From an uncultured Acidimicrobiia bacterium (GTDB taxonomy: Bacteria; Actinomycetota; Acidimicrobiia; Acidimicrobiales; AC-14): a DNA stretch of 64,000 nucleotides. The position numbers and the translations under genes were made by a program. Every line of letters begins with the position of its first letter. The first letter of the stretch is position 1. Location of the stretch: positions 128,001 to 192,000 of the forward strand of contig CAWIIV010000015.1 of assembly GCA_963836205.1 (NCBI GenBank), in the 5' to 3' direction. Positions 1 to 9,966 of this stretch are shown here, one piece after another. The notes below the pieces were generated by a model, which had not been told where the DNA came from, did no database searches, and saw only the letters and a list, made by a program, of their open reading frames with translations.

Positions 1-125
1 TGCCGTTGTTCGTCGCCGGGCGACTGACGTAACCGATCGAGAACGCCGCCCACGGAGCGATACCCGGCGCTGGGCAGGAGCGGGGCCGCGTCAGAATTCG
101 GCAGTTCCTGTCGGGATGCAGCGCC

Positions 126-3100
126 TTACACACGACTCAACGGTTCTGTGGGGCTCGGCCTCGGCACGGTCATAACGACCGTCTTAATGGAGAGGCCGGC
201 CGCGCTCAGTTCTATCGCCTGTTCCGACAGCACTTCCATCAAATGCACTGCCGTGGGTGCCTTGAGTCTGCTACGCCGGTAGTCACCCTGCGCCCAGAGT
301 TCTGGCGGATACCAGCCGACGACAAATATGCCAACACCTGTCTGCGCTTCCGGTAGGTAACGATTGACAAGCTGATCCCGCTGGGCAGTCAGCAGATCCT
401 TGTTCCACGGACACTTCACCTCGATGACGACGCGCAACCGCTCCGGCGTGGTATGCGACAAGGCGTCGGCCGGAACGTTGGCCTCGACGATGATGTCGGG
501 TTTGTCGCCAGCTCCGTACGGGTTGGACGCCTTGATAAGCACTTCACGGTGGACAGCGAGCCCGCGTCCCTGCAGCCTCAGGTCCAACTCATGAGCGATG
601 AACGCCGCAAGCGCCGCCTCCGGCTTTGGTCGCCACCGTTGATCACTCCCGCGGCCCGTCGGAACCCGATCCCAAAGGAACTCACCGGAACGGACCATCT
701 CCTCGTTGATGGCCGACAGAGTCTCCTCGACGAGCCAACCGAGTTCCTCGGAACTGCGCACGAGACGACGTCTTACGTCCATAAGGAGCGCTTGAACACC
801 TTCGGGTGGCGGCGGTAACCACACGGTCGCAAATAGGGCGATGCGTGCCCGGATGAGGTTGGATGTAACTACCGAGCGAAGCGGGAACAGGTCGTGCAAC
901 TCCGCGAGGATACGAACGGATTCGTCTGTCCCGCGGTTGGCGACCGTGGTTAGGACGCCGTCTCGCATCCGGCGTGCCTGCTCATCCGGGGTGAAGAAGT
1001 GCGCGCCGATCGCCTCCCGATCGTCCTCGGGTGGGTATAGTTCGGCCAGCCAAACGTACAGACCTACAAGCTGGTGCTCATCCAAGTTCGCCGACAGCTT
1101 CACTTCCCGGTGTCCTGACGCGATAGTTGCTGCGACGCTCCTACCGAGTTTGGTGTCCCCCGAGATAAGTGGGAATAGCCGACGCCACGCCACCGGGACG
1201 ACTTCGAGCAGCACCTCGACTGCAGTCGCTGCCACGGGATGAGCGCGTTCATCCGTCGCCCGCCCCAACAGGTCGACGACGAGGTCCTCGGCCGCGTTGG
1301 CGTCGGTTCGAGCGAGGCGCTCGAACAGCATCTCCCAAGCAAACGATGCATTGGCCAGACTCTCACCGGGCTCGAATGAGCGAAACGGGTCACGTGCCTC
1401 GTCCTCGGTCGGGGAGGTCGGCGGACCAAGCAGCGCGTCGGTAAGTTCGTGCAGCAGCTCAAGCCAGGTAGCCAAGACAGTTGGTTCCGCGGAGGGGTCG
1501 ACCAGGCGGACTTCGGACGCCACGGAGCCGCGTCGCAATTCGCCTCGGACGTACCGTCCGAGAAGGGCCGCGAACCGGGAAGGGTCTGCTGCCAGGACAC
1601 GCCTGAGGAGAACGGCCTTGTGATCTGGATCACCAGTCCGAACCGGGACCGAGTTGTACCAGAGCACTGCCCCCGTCCACGACGCCAGGCGCGTAGAGGG
1701 GACGTCGTCAAGTTGGCCGAGCTCATCAAGAAGCCTCAGAGCGAGGTACCCCGCCCAGGCACGTTTGTCGTAGCGGTCCGTGCCAAGCCACTCGTCGGCA
1801 CGGTCGTTCTCCCTCAGCAGGTATGCATGGGCCGCCTGAGCTAGCCGCGCTGGCGCGTCAGCGCCGAGGGCGCCGACGCCCGGGAAATCGAGCAATCGAT
1901 CGTCACGGCGAAGAGGTCCGCGACTGAAGCCCGGTGGGAACTGCAGGTTCCACGCAAGCAGCCAGAACTCCGAGACGTCGCGCCTGCAGACACGGTCATA
2001 TAGTCGAGCCAAGTCTTCGCGCAGCCGCTCATCGTTGGCTGGGTCGACGTGGCGAACCCTGGGCCGCTGCTGCCGCTGGTGCCATTCTCGAAGTCGATTG
2101 GCCGTCTCGCCAGCGAGTGGCATCGCGTCGAAATAGGGCGCAAGGGCGTCCCAGTTGACGGTTCCCTGCTGTTGCCATGCGACCTCTATCGCGGCCGAGT
2201 CCAAGTAATCAAACAATTGGACCGCCACCTCGCCCATGGCAAGCGCGGACGAGCGATCGCCATCGGCTTCTAACTCGATCGCCCGGTCCAGGGCCCAGCC
2301 GAAGTCTTTTGCGTCAAGAAGCCGCGAGCGTGGCGGCGGGTCTCCGTCGTCACCCTCGACAGGCGGAAAGTGGGTATTCGCGCGCCAGGCGCGGATTAGT
2401 TTGAACGCATCGGCGCCGTCGAATCCACCATCCGTCGCTCGGGAACGGACGAGCGCGTCGGCCAATAGCCGTCGCTTCTTCGTTGCTGTTTCCGGATCGT
2501 GAGCATCAGATTCATCCAACCCGATCGGTAGGATCGGTTCCTGGAGTCGCTGGAATCGGAGCCAGAGGAGGCGAGCAACCAGTGGCAGGAGCCGTACCGG
2601 CTCTGCGTTCGACAGCGCACGGTCCACCAGTGCATCGATCAGCGTTACGTCAAGCAAGCCGAGCGGGATTTCGTCCTCGTCGATGTCCTCATCATCGTCG
2701 TCGGACGGCTGGTCAAGCTCAGTGGGATGCAGCGCAGCGGCGGCGGCCCACGTCAGCACCCCTTCCAGCTCATCTTCGGCCACACGGGCCGCGAAGTCAC
2801 GTAGGAACATCCAGTAGCTGCCGATCACGCTCCTCCGGCGGCGGGCTACGAGTAGCGGAAGGATTTCCTCGGTGGGTACGTACTGCGGCCAGAGGTCGTC
2901 AAGCAGGTTCCCCTTGAGTTCATCGTCAGGATCGTCGATCCGGGCATGGTCTCGTAAGCGCTGAAGAATCTCGCGCAGGCGCGCCGCCGCCGCTTCTGGG
3001 TCCCCAGCGAGAACCGCAGCGGCAGCCATCGACCGCATGTGCGAGTTCCACCCCGAACCCTCGACGATCTCTAGCAACCTGGCCGTGAGCTCGGCGGAGG

Positions 3101-4604
3101 TTGCATGGGCTGCCAATCGCAGTGCCAGTCGGCACTGGGCAAAATCCGGCCACTGGTTGGGCTGCACCGGATGCCCGTTGAGCACCGCAATCACCTGATC
3201 GGCTAGACCCGGGTGGGAAAGGCGGAGACTGCCAATCCAGGCCCGCTCGCCAAGCTCGAATTCATCGGCTTTCGACAGTAGCGACGCCGCAACGATCGAC
3301 CGCAGGTCATCAGACTCCATGTATGAGTCGTGACCGATCAAGCTCTGTGGGTCTGCCTCCGCGAGCCAGCGCCCGGTGCCGAGATCCATTGAAGCAAGCC
3401 AGGCGGCCGTCTCTCGCAACGGGACTGGCACCGTGCGGGTTCCGTCGGGCCCAGCAACGAGCAACAGCGCTTCCAGCTGGCGTTGGGGCAGCCGTCGGCG
3501 GTGCAAGTAACGGGCGGCTAGGAACGCTGCATGGGAGGCGTGGCCGAAGGTCCGGCGCGCCCCGCCGCTTGAGAACAACTGCGAGGCGAGCGTGTCGTGA
3601 ACGAGGCTGAGAGTCACACGAAATGGGCCCGACGCGGTTAGTTCGTCGCCATCGGAGACGACGCTCGCGCGGAGATCTGTTCTTGGCCTGATAGCTAGAT
3701 CGGGCCCCATGTACACGGCCCGACGGCCGCTAAGGAGCAGCACTGCTGCGATCCGCTCGGCGATTTCCATGCGCTGATCGACTGTGGACGGCCGGTCGTG
3801 CTCCGGATTGTGCTCGGCGAGCAGCTGTCTGACCCCGTTGGCGAACAGCCATTGCGCTCCGTGATCCAGGTTGCCTGTCTCGACGAAGGTCTGAACGAGG
3901 AGCTGAAGTGTGAGCGGGCTCGCTGCCAGGGATCCCGCACCCGCCTGTACCGCAAGCTCGATGAGACGCTCCCCGTCGATACCCGCGCTCGCCGCTAGCG
4001 CGACCGCTTCGGCCCGCCGGAGTGGCGCCAGATCGACGAGTAGATATGCCTTGAACGAGGCTTCCAGCACCTCGTGGAGATTCCGCGGTAAGTCTGCTGT
4101 CCGGCAGCCGATAATGAGTCGTAACGCCGAGGTGTCGCGGTCGGCGAGAGCGCTAAAGAGCCGCTGTGGAAGCCGCTGGACCATCGGGCTTTCGTCAAGG
4201 CCGTCGATTATCACCGTGATCTCTGGGAGCGATTCCGGATTGCCGGACTCGTGAAGAATCGCCTGGGGGAGGCCTCGGAGAATCGGGTGAATCTCCTCAG
4301 CAAAAGTGTTTGCATCGAGATCCGAGCCATCGCGCCACTGAAGAACGCCGTCCTTGCTACGGAGGTGTTGGGCGATCGCCCGCAGTGTCGTCGTCTTTCC
4401 AAGCCCTGGCTCGCCCAATACCACCAGCGCATTGGCCTGGGCCGCAGCGACCGGTGTCAGCAGGTCGCCCGGCCGCGCTCTGGCGATGGTCGATGCGACG
4501 GAGACGGCGGAGTCGAGGAATCCATCGGGATCGACGGGCGTCGGCAACTCGTCGTCGGATACAGCTCGGACCCGGCAAACGCGGTCAACCTCAAGTTCGA
4601 ACAC
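126..4604 (-). CDS. NACHT/STAND-family NTPase with long helical region and C-terminal PD-(D/E)xK nuclease-like domain; candidate anti-phage NLR-like protein
   Basis: 1492-aa ORF. Walker A GEPGLGKTT, Walker B IIDGLDE, CRT sensor and SPLTL (GxP-like) motif. The C-terminus has E..REV..GDKPDIIV...VVIEVK..QL..RYL, a PD-(D/E)xK pattern. Confidence 0.75.
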   Translation of the reverse strand: MFELEVDRVCRVRAVSDDELPTPVDPDGFLDSAVSVASTIARARPGDLLTPVAAAQANALVVLGEPGLGKTTTLRAIAQHLRSKDGVLQWRDGSDLDANTFAEEIHPILRGLPQAILHESGNPESLPEITVIIDGLDESPMVQRLPQRLFSALADRDTSALRLIIGCRTADLPRNLHEVLEASFKAYLLVDLAPLRRAEAVALAASAGIDGERLIELAVQAGAGSLAASPLTLQLLVQTFVETGNLDHGAQWLFANGVRQLLAEHNPEHDRPSTVDQRMEIAERIAAVLLLSGRRAVYMGPDLAIRPRTDLRASVVSDGDELTASGPFRVTLSLVHDTLASQLFSSGGARRTFGHASHAAFLAARYLHRRRLPQRQLEALLLVAGPDGTRTVPVPLRETAAWLASMDLGTGRWLAEADPQSLIGHDSYMESDDLRSIVAASLLSKADEFELGERAWIGSLRLSHPGLADQVIAVLNGHPVQPNQWPDFAQCRLALRLAAHATSAELTARLLEIVEGSGWNSHMRSMAAAAVLAGDPEAAAARLREILQRLRDHARIDDPDDELKGNLLDDLWPQYVPTEEILPLLVARRRRSVIGSYWMFLRDFAARVAEDELEGVLTWAAAAALHPTELDQPSDDDDEDIDEDEIPLGLLDVTLIDALVDRALSNAEPVRLLPLVARLLWLRFQRLQEPILPIGLDESDAHDPETATKKRRLLADALVRSRATDGGFDGADAFKLIRAWRANTHFPPVEGDDGDPPPRSRLLDAKDFGWALDRAIELEADGDRSSALAMGEVAVQLFDYLDSAAIEVAWQQQGTVNWDALAPYFDAMPLAGETANRLREWHQRQQRPRVRHVDPANDERLREDLARLYDRVCRRDVSEFWLLAWNLQFPPGFSRGPLRRDDRLLDFPGVGALGADAPARLAQAAHAYLLRENDRADEWLGTDRYDKRAWAGYLALRLLDELGQLDDVPSTRLASWTGAVLWYNSVPVRTGDPDHKAVLLRRVLAADPSRFAALLGRYVRGELRRGSVASEVRLVDPSAEPTVLATWLELLHELTDALLGPPTSPTEDEARDPFRSFEPGESLANASFAWEMLFERLARTDANAAEDLVVDLLGRATDERAHPVAATAVEVLLEVVPVAWRRLFPLISGDTKLGRSVAATIASGHREVKLSANLDEHQLVGLYVWLAELYPPEDDREAIGAHFFTPDEQARRMRDGVLTTVANRGTDESVRILAELHDLFPLRSVVTSNLIRARIALFATVWLPPPPEGVQALLMDVRRRLVRSSEELGWLVEETLSAINEEMVRSGEFLWDRVPTGRGSDQRWRPKPEAALAAFIAHELDLRLQGRGLAVHREVLIKASNPYGAGDKPDIIVEANVPADALSHTTPERLRVVIEVKCPWNKDLLTAQRDQLVNRYLPEAQTGVGIFVVGWYPPELWAQGDYRRSRLKAPTAVHLMEVLSEQAIELSAAGLSIKTVVMTVPRPSPTEPLSRV

Positions 4605-4891
4605 CGGTTACACGATCGCGCATGGACCAGTTGTCTGGCGGCGGGATTGCGCCTCCAGGTGGTGGCGGCCTACGTGGTTGACCGCGGCGTTCAAGGGCTC
4701 CTGCAGAGGTCCCGGCGCGGAGGATCGGTAACCGCGCCTCGGGCGTTGATGCCGTTCGCTGCCCAACGCCGGCTCGTGGCGGGAACCCGCATTCGCGTCA
4801 GGCAGATCGTGCTCCGACCAGTACGGAAGGGAGTGCCCAGGGTGATGCGTCCATGCGCACGACGAGTCGTCCATATGGCCGGTTTCACGAG

Positions 4892-6284
4892 TCATCGATT
4901 GAGTGCGTCACGACAGCGAACATTCATTTTGCCAGTCCAGTACATCACGGCGCCCGGGACGACATGAGAGATGAAGACTATTCCTATTACTATCTTCATG
5001 ACGCCAGATATAGATGAAAACAATGGCACAAATAGGGCCACTAGAGAGATTACTACGATCAGAACATACATGGGCAACATGAAATAGTTGTCAACGTTCC
5101 ACCCCACCAGGCCCATTCCCGGAACCACGCGTTTCTGGTAGACCGGCTCGCGAACAAATTCCTCCCAGTCGCGGAGCACTTCCTCCGCGGTGCCCTCAGT
5201 GCCTACATTGCTCCGGAGGATGATAAAATACCCGCGCTTTAGCGTAGCAAAAATGCAACCCCATGCGATCGTGAGATAAGTTACATTGAGTAGGAGGATC
5301 GCCAATGATAGGACAGCTGCAGGGGTAGTTCCGATATCCTTAGCCAACTTGTCAACCCCGTCCAGTGCAGCCAATGCCACGAGACCAAATAGAGCACCGA
5401 TGTACCCAAAGGACACCTGGAATGCCTCATCTTGGAAGTAATTGGCCTCGGCCTTGATAACATTCAGGCCGTCGTCACCCATCGTCGACCTCGGCTTGCG
5501 GATAGGATTGGTCCCATATTTGTCTATCCCGAATAGCAATCGACTGGGGTAGCGTTCCCATCTGTAACAGCCTCCGCCGAAGGGAACCGCGATTACGCGG
5601 ATCCCTGCCCAGAACACTACTTTGAGAGCAAACCAATAGGGGTTTTCGAGTTGGAAGCGGCGCCAGGAGGTCGCTACGATCGGGTCTCTGATGTACGTCA
5701 CTCGACCGATTCGTGCGATTCGCCGAAGAAAGTCAGCGTCCTCAGCAACAGCAAAATCCTCGCGGAACCCGCCGATCGCCTGAAAGGCACTCCGGCGTGC
5801 AATGATCAGCGACCCCAGCCCTTGCGCGATCCCTAGGCGGGCAAGGACCGAGATATAGCTGTCAGCGACGACGTAGCACGTCCGGACAAACCAGGTCCCG
5901 CCTATCGGAGCAAGCCTGTAATGGACCGCGACTACATCCGGCGAAGACAGCATGCGACGTGCAGCGCAGAAAACACCTTCATTTACTGGCGTGTCTGCAT
6001 CCATGAAGGCGATGTACGATCCACTGGAGACTTGAGCGCCGCGATTGCGACCGACGGCTGGGGTTCCACCAGCAACGACTCGGCATCCCATTCGTTCGGC
6101 GATCTCCCGCGTTCGCGTCAGTCGACGCATGGTCCGCTACGACCACTTCCGTTATATGGTCGGTCTTGAGGGAGGCAAATAGGGTCCTTTGTAGCCAGCC
6201 CTCCTCATTCCAGGTCGGGATTACTGCACTGATGGATTCTGTGTCGAGTTTGCACGCGGCGCAACAATGCCGTCGCCTGCACAT
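4892..6284 (-). CDS. Glycosyltransferase family 2 (frameshift at ~6112) in frame with a ~197-aa 4-TM membrane domain (possible separate start at 5482)
   Basis: The N-terminus ISAVIPTWNEE...VVVADHASTD lies in one frame and (A)TREIA..GRNRGA..FMDAD..EDADF in the next. Removing one A at 6112-6113 gives DHASTDATREIA. The hydrophobic C-terminal part is AT-rich relative to the flanks. Start uncertain. Confidence 0.6.
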
Positions 6285-6754
6285 CAGTGCGCCTTTATCG
6301 GTCAAGGTTCGGGCCCGTTCTTCTGAACGGCTGTCTCCGCGGAAGAACCGGAGAGACAGCCAGGATCGAGAGTCACAAAACGCCCACTATTTCAGGCGAG
6401 CCCTCGGGACGTGGCATCGCTCTGCTCCTTGACCCGGCTTCAAGCGTGTCGCCCGGCGGTCAACTGAACGGCGATGTGTCGGCCATCGGATCACGGGGGG
6501 ACCGAGAAGTGCCGATCTCTCTCGGGTGGCCGGGACGACGAGATGTGTTCGAAGGCGGACGATATCGCTCCGGGGCGATCGCTAGCCACCCTGGACAACA
6601 GGCACGTCGGGGTGGTAGTCACCGTCCCCTGCCGCGTGCAGGCGCGGCACGTCGGGCGCGCGCTCCTGGGTCGTGGTCGTTGCCCTGAAGGGATTCCTTG
6701 CTGAATTCCGAGGCGGGTGGTCCGTTTGGGACCATGGTCGGCTACGATCGCACC

Positions 6755-6916
6755 ATGGTTCGCGTCGAACTTGATCGGGTCGAAGCGCTTGAACTGCTCG
6801 GGATGACGCTTGCGCACCTTAGTGACGCCGAGGCCAGGGGTGAGCTTTCCCCCCGAGTTCCGCTGCTGATGGCGGTCCGAGACAAGCTCGCACGCGCCCT
6901 TCGGGAGGAGCCATGA
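6755..6916 (+). CDS. Small hypothetical protein (53 aa), translationally coupled to the downstream HTH gene
   Basis: TACGAT -10-like hexamer 6 nt upstream of ATG 6755; ATGA overlap with the next gene; helical composition. Confidence 0.5.
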   Translation: MVRVELDRVEALELLGMTLAHLSDAEARGELSPRVPLLMAVRDKLARALREEP

Positions 6917-7176
6917 GTTACACCGACGCACAGGTGTCGTCCGCAGTCTCGGCCATGGAGAAGTACCGAGGCGGCGAAACAGGTGAGGTTGGCGCTGCTC
7001 TCGCAGTCGTCGGCCTGAGCGCTGAACGCACGTCCAAGGAAGAGCGGATCCGCGACGACATGATCCGCGTCGCCCACCGCGCCGGAGCCTCACTTCGCCA
7101 GCTCGCGGAAGTGTCCGGCCTGGACCGCAAGACGGTGACGGCGATTGTCGCGGCCTCCGGTACCGCCGGCTCGTAG
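6913..7176 (+). CDS. Small helix-turn-helix DNA-binding protein
   Basis: GGAGGAG RBS; C-terminal AHRAGASLRQLAEVSGLDRKTV HTH signature. Confidence 0.65.
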   Translation: MSYTDAQVSSAVSAMEKYRGGETGEVGAALAVVGLSAERTSKEERIRDDMIRVAHRAGASLRQLAEVSGLDRKTVTAIVAASGTAGS

Positions 7177-7257
7177 TCGGGCCGACGTCACGGCCGCCCA
7201 ATGGCCGGCCGCGACCCCGCCGTGCGTTGGGCAGCGCTCACGGCCGCGGCCCCCTCG

Positions 7258-8010
7258 TCACGTGTACATCAGTGAGCCCGGCGTCGTGAGGAGTGACCCC
7301 GTCTCCAGCCACGTCTTGAGTCCCGATAGCACCATGGGCCAGCCGCCGTAGATCTGCTCGTTGGCGCCTTCGGGGAGTTGGTCGTGGGTGACGAGGAGGC
7401 GGCAGGAGTCGCCCACCGGCTCGATCTCCCAGGTCACCCGGGACGTGCCCTCCGCCTTCACGTCGTCGCCCCAGAGGGCCACCATGGTCTGCACCAGCCG
7501 GCGAGGCGGGTCGACCTCGATGTTCTCCCCCGCGACAAGAGGCCCCTCGACACCGGGGTTGGTCAGCTCGTATCGCGACCCGGGCGTCCAGTCGGAGCTC
7601 ACCCGGTTGCCGAAGTGGTACTTGCTGCGGATGTCGCCGTCGGTGATCGCCTCCCACAGGCGCTCGGGCGTGGTGCGGATGTAGATCTCGAACACCTTCT
7701 CCATCGGAGTCTCCAATCTGTGCTTGAGGTCGCTGAGGGCGGCAGCCCACGGCTCGGCGTACTTGCTCACCCACCGGTCGTGGACGAGGCGGATGGGGAC
7801 AGGGTTCAGGAAATGGAGCTTCTCCCGGCCCCGGCGCCGGGTGACCACCAGGCCTGCCTCCTCCAGCTGCTTCAGGTGCTTCATCACACCGAAGCGGGTC
7901 ATCGGGAGGCGCTCCTCCAGCGCGGTCAGCGTCTGGCCGTCCTCACGGAAGAGCTCGTCGAGCAGGCTGCGCCGGGTGGGATCGGCCAGGGCCTTGAATA
8001 CCTCGTCCAC
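7258..8010 (-). CDS. ArsR-family regulator fused to SRPBCC (AHSA1/START-like) domain
   Basis: VFKALADPTRRSLL..KHLKQLEEAGLV ArsR motif followed by VFEIYIRTTPERLWEAIT..GW..VLSGLKTWLETG SRPBCC. GTG 8010 chosen from the promoter position (track start 8022). Confidence 0.9.
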   Translation of the reverse strand: MDEVFKALADPTRRSLLDELFREDGQTLTALEERLPMTRFGVMKHLKQLEEAGLVVTRRRGREKLHFLNPVPIRLVHDRWVSKYAEPWAAALSDLKHRLETPMEKVFEIYIRTTPERLWEAITDGDIRSKYHFGNRVSSDWTPGSRYELTNPGVEGPLVAGENIEVDPPRRLVQTMVALWGDDVKAEGTSRVTWEIEPVGDSCRLLVTHDQLPEGANEQIYGGWPMVLSGLKTWLETGSLLTTPGSLMYT

Positions 8011-8017
8011 GCTGCTC

Positions 8018-8047
8018 ACCATACGTGACTAAATAGTCACCTGTCAA
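8018..8047 (-). promoter_or_regulatory. Sigma-A-type promoter with palindromic operator (likely ArsR autorepression)
   Basis: TTGACA (8047-8042), 18-nt spacer, TATGGT (8023-8018). Perfect inverted repeat GTGACT-N4-AGTCAC at 8025-8040 lies within the spacer. Confidence 0.75.
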
Positions 8048-8051
8048 CCAG

Positions 8052-9245
8052 TCAGTCGGGCAGAAGGGGAACGGTCATCCCCTCGTCCCGGCCGAGAAGC
8101 ACCGCCCGGGACACCGCCGAACGGCCGAATCGCTCCCGCACTTCGTCGAGGGCGGCGTCGAGGGCGGCCGCGTCGATGCCGTCGAACGGCAACGGGAGCT
8201 GCACCGCCCCGTCGTTGTCGAGGTTGGTGATCGCAACCCCCACCAACGTGAGCCCCTGGCGCTCGATCAGGGGCGTGGCCGTGGCCAGCAGGTCGCGGGC
8301 GGTGGCGAGGATGGCCCGGGTCTCGGCGGTGGACCGGGCCAGGGTGTGGGAGCGGGTCGCCCGGGTGAAGTCGTCGAAGCGCAGCCGGAGGACGACCGTG
8401 CGGCCCACCCGCCCCGCGGCCCGCATCCGCCGGGTGACGCGGTCGACCAGCGCCACGAGGGACGCGTCGATGTCGGCCGGCGACTTCGGTGACCGGCCGA
8501 GGGCGTGTTGGGAACCCATCGAGCGCCGGCGGCGGCCGACGACCACCGGCCGGGGATCGCGGTTGTGGGCCAACGCGTGCAGGTGCCGGCCCGACGCCAC
8601 CCCGAGCATCGCCACCAGCGCCCCCTCCGGCAGCCGGGCCACCTCCCCCACCGTGAGGATGCCCCGGTTGCGGAGCTTCTCGGCCGTGATCGGACCGACA
8701 CCCCACAGCCGTTGGACGGGCAACGGGTGGAGGAAGGCCAGCTCCCGGTCGGGGGGGACCAGCAGCAGGCCGTCGGGCTTGGCCACGCCGCTCGCCACCT
8801 TGGCCAGGAACTTGGTGCGGGCCACGCCGACGGTGATGGGCAGCCCGACCCGCCGCCGGACCTCGCTCCGCAGCCGGACCGCGATCTCGAGCGGCGTACC
8901 GCGCAGGCGCCGCAATCCGCCCACGTCGAGGAACGCCTCGTCGATGGAGATGCCCTCCACCAGCGGGGTGGTGTCGTCGAAGACCTCGAACACGGCCTTG
9001 CTGGCCGCCGAGTACGCCTCCATCCGGGGCGAGACCACCACGGCCCACGGGCACAGGCGCCGGGCCTGGGCTCCCCCCATGGCGCTGCGCACCCCGTAGG
9101 CCTTGGCCTCGTAGCTGGCGGCCAGCACCACCCCTCCCCCCACGATGACCGGCCGACCCCGGAGTTGGGGTGCGTCGCGCTGCTCGACCGACGCGTAGAA
9201 CGAGTCGAGATCGGCGTGGAGGATCGTCGCCTCGTCGTGGGACAC
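8052..9245 (-). CDS. dinB: DNA polymerase IV (Y family)
   Basis: ILHADLDSFYASVEQ, AASYEAKAYGVRSAM, SIDEAFLD, KFLAKVAS..KPDG and LWGVGP motifs. Confidence 0.93.
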   Translation of the reverse strand: MSHDEATILHADLDSFYASVEQRDAPQLRGRPVIVGGGVVLAASYEAKAYGVRSAMGGAQARRLCPWAVVVSPRMEAYSAASKAVFEVFDDTTPLVEGISIDEAFLDVGGLRRLRGTPLEIAVRLRSEVRRRVGLPITVGVARTKFLAKVASGVAKPDGLLLVPPDRELAFLHPLPVQRLWGVGPITAEKLRNRGILTVGEVARLPEGALVAMLGVASGRHLHALAHNRDPRPVVVGRRRRSMGSQHALGRSPKSPADIDASLVALVDRVTRRMRAAGRVGRTVVLRLRFDDFTRATRSHTLARSTAETRAILATARDLLATATPLIERQGLTLVGVAITNLDNDGAVQLPLPFDGIDAAALDAALDEVRERFGRSAVSRAVLLGRDEGMTVPLLPD

Positions 9246-9258
9246 GAACGTATGTTCG
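9245..9258. promoter_or_regulatory. LexA (SOS) box at the dinB start
   Basis: CGAAC-GTAT-GTTCG matches the Gram-positive/actinobacterial CGAAC-N4-GTTCG consensus and abuts the dinB GTG. Confidence 0.85.
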
Positions 9259-9270
9259 CACGCCCCTACG

Positions 9271-9870
9271 TCATCGGTAGCGGACCCGGTATCGCAGGTG
9301 GGTGACGTCGACGCCCTCGGCCACCGAGGTCGGCCCCTCCAGCTCGTAGGGAGCACCCTTGAGCTGGTCGAAGAACGGGGTGCCCGCGCCGAGGATGACG
9401 GGGACGAGGTCGACCCAAATCTCGTCGAGGAGCCCGGCGTCGAGGCACTGGCGGGCGATGGTGCCCCCGTTGACACCGACCACCTTGTCGCCGGCGAGCG
9501 CCTGGGCCTGCTCGATGGCGTTTTCGATCCCGTCGGTGACGAACGTGAAGGGCGCGTCGGGGCGGGGCCAACCGTCGGGGACGGTGTGGGTCATGACCAC
9601 CACCGGGCGGCCCAGCGGGTGGTTGCCACCCCACCCGTCGGTGAAGTCGAAGAGCTTGCGCCCGACGACGAGGGCGCCGGTCATGTCGATGAGCTGGCGG
9701 AGGTGCCTGGCGCTGACGTCGGACACCTGGATCGGAATCTCGGGGTGGGTGGTCGGGACCACGACGTCGCCGTTGTTGTACCACCGGAAGAGGTACTCGA
9801 AGCCCGTCTCGCCCGGCCCGGAAATGTAGCCGTCCAACGACATGCTGGCCCCCGTGAAGACCATGCCCAT
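9271..9870 (-). CDS. Dihydrofolate reductase-like (RibD C-terminal) family protein
   Basis: SMSLDGYISG, VVGRKLF, GGTIARQCLDAGLLDEI..VPVILGAGTPFF; GAGGAG RBS before ATG 9870. Confidence 0.88.
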   Translation of the reverse strand: MGMVFTGASMSLDGYISGPGETGFEYLFRWYNNGDVVVPTTHPEIPIQVSDVSARHLRQLIDMTGALVVGRKLFDFTDGWGGNHPLGRPVVVMTHTVPDGWPRPDAPFTFVTDGIENAIEQAQALAGDKVVGVNGGTIARQCLDAGLLDEIWVDLVPVILGAGTPFFDQLKGAPYELEGPTSVAEGVDVTHLRYRVRYR

Positions 9871-9905
9871 GATGCGCTCCTCTCGGCGTCGACCGCTGCT
9901 ACTAG

Positions 9906-9932
9906 GACGCCGTCCCGCCCGGGAACTCATCG
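9906..9932 (-). promoter_or_regulatory. Putative SigG/ECF56-type promoter CGATGA-N18-GTC
   Basis: Minus-strand CGATGA (9932-9927), 18 nt, GTC (9908-9906) upstream of the RibD-like gene. Confidence 0.5.
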
Positions 9933-9966
9933 GCTCGCCGCCGGGATCTGGGTTAGACAGCGGGCG

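Noticed and set aside
4608-4895. 95-aa ORF bridging the GT2/TM gene and the NACHT gene (ATGA overlap)
   Set aside because: No recognisable motif and atypical composition; the overlap may be chance.
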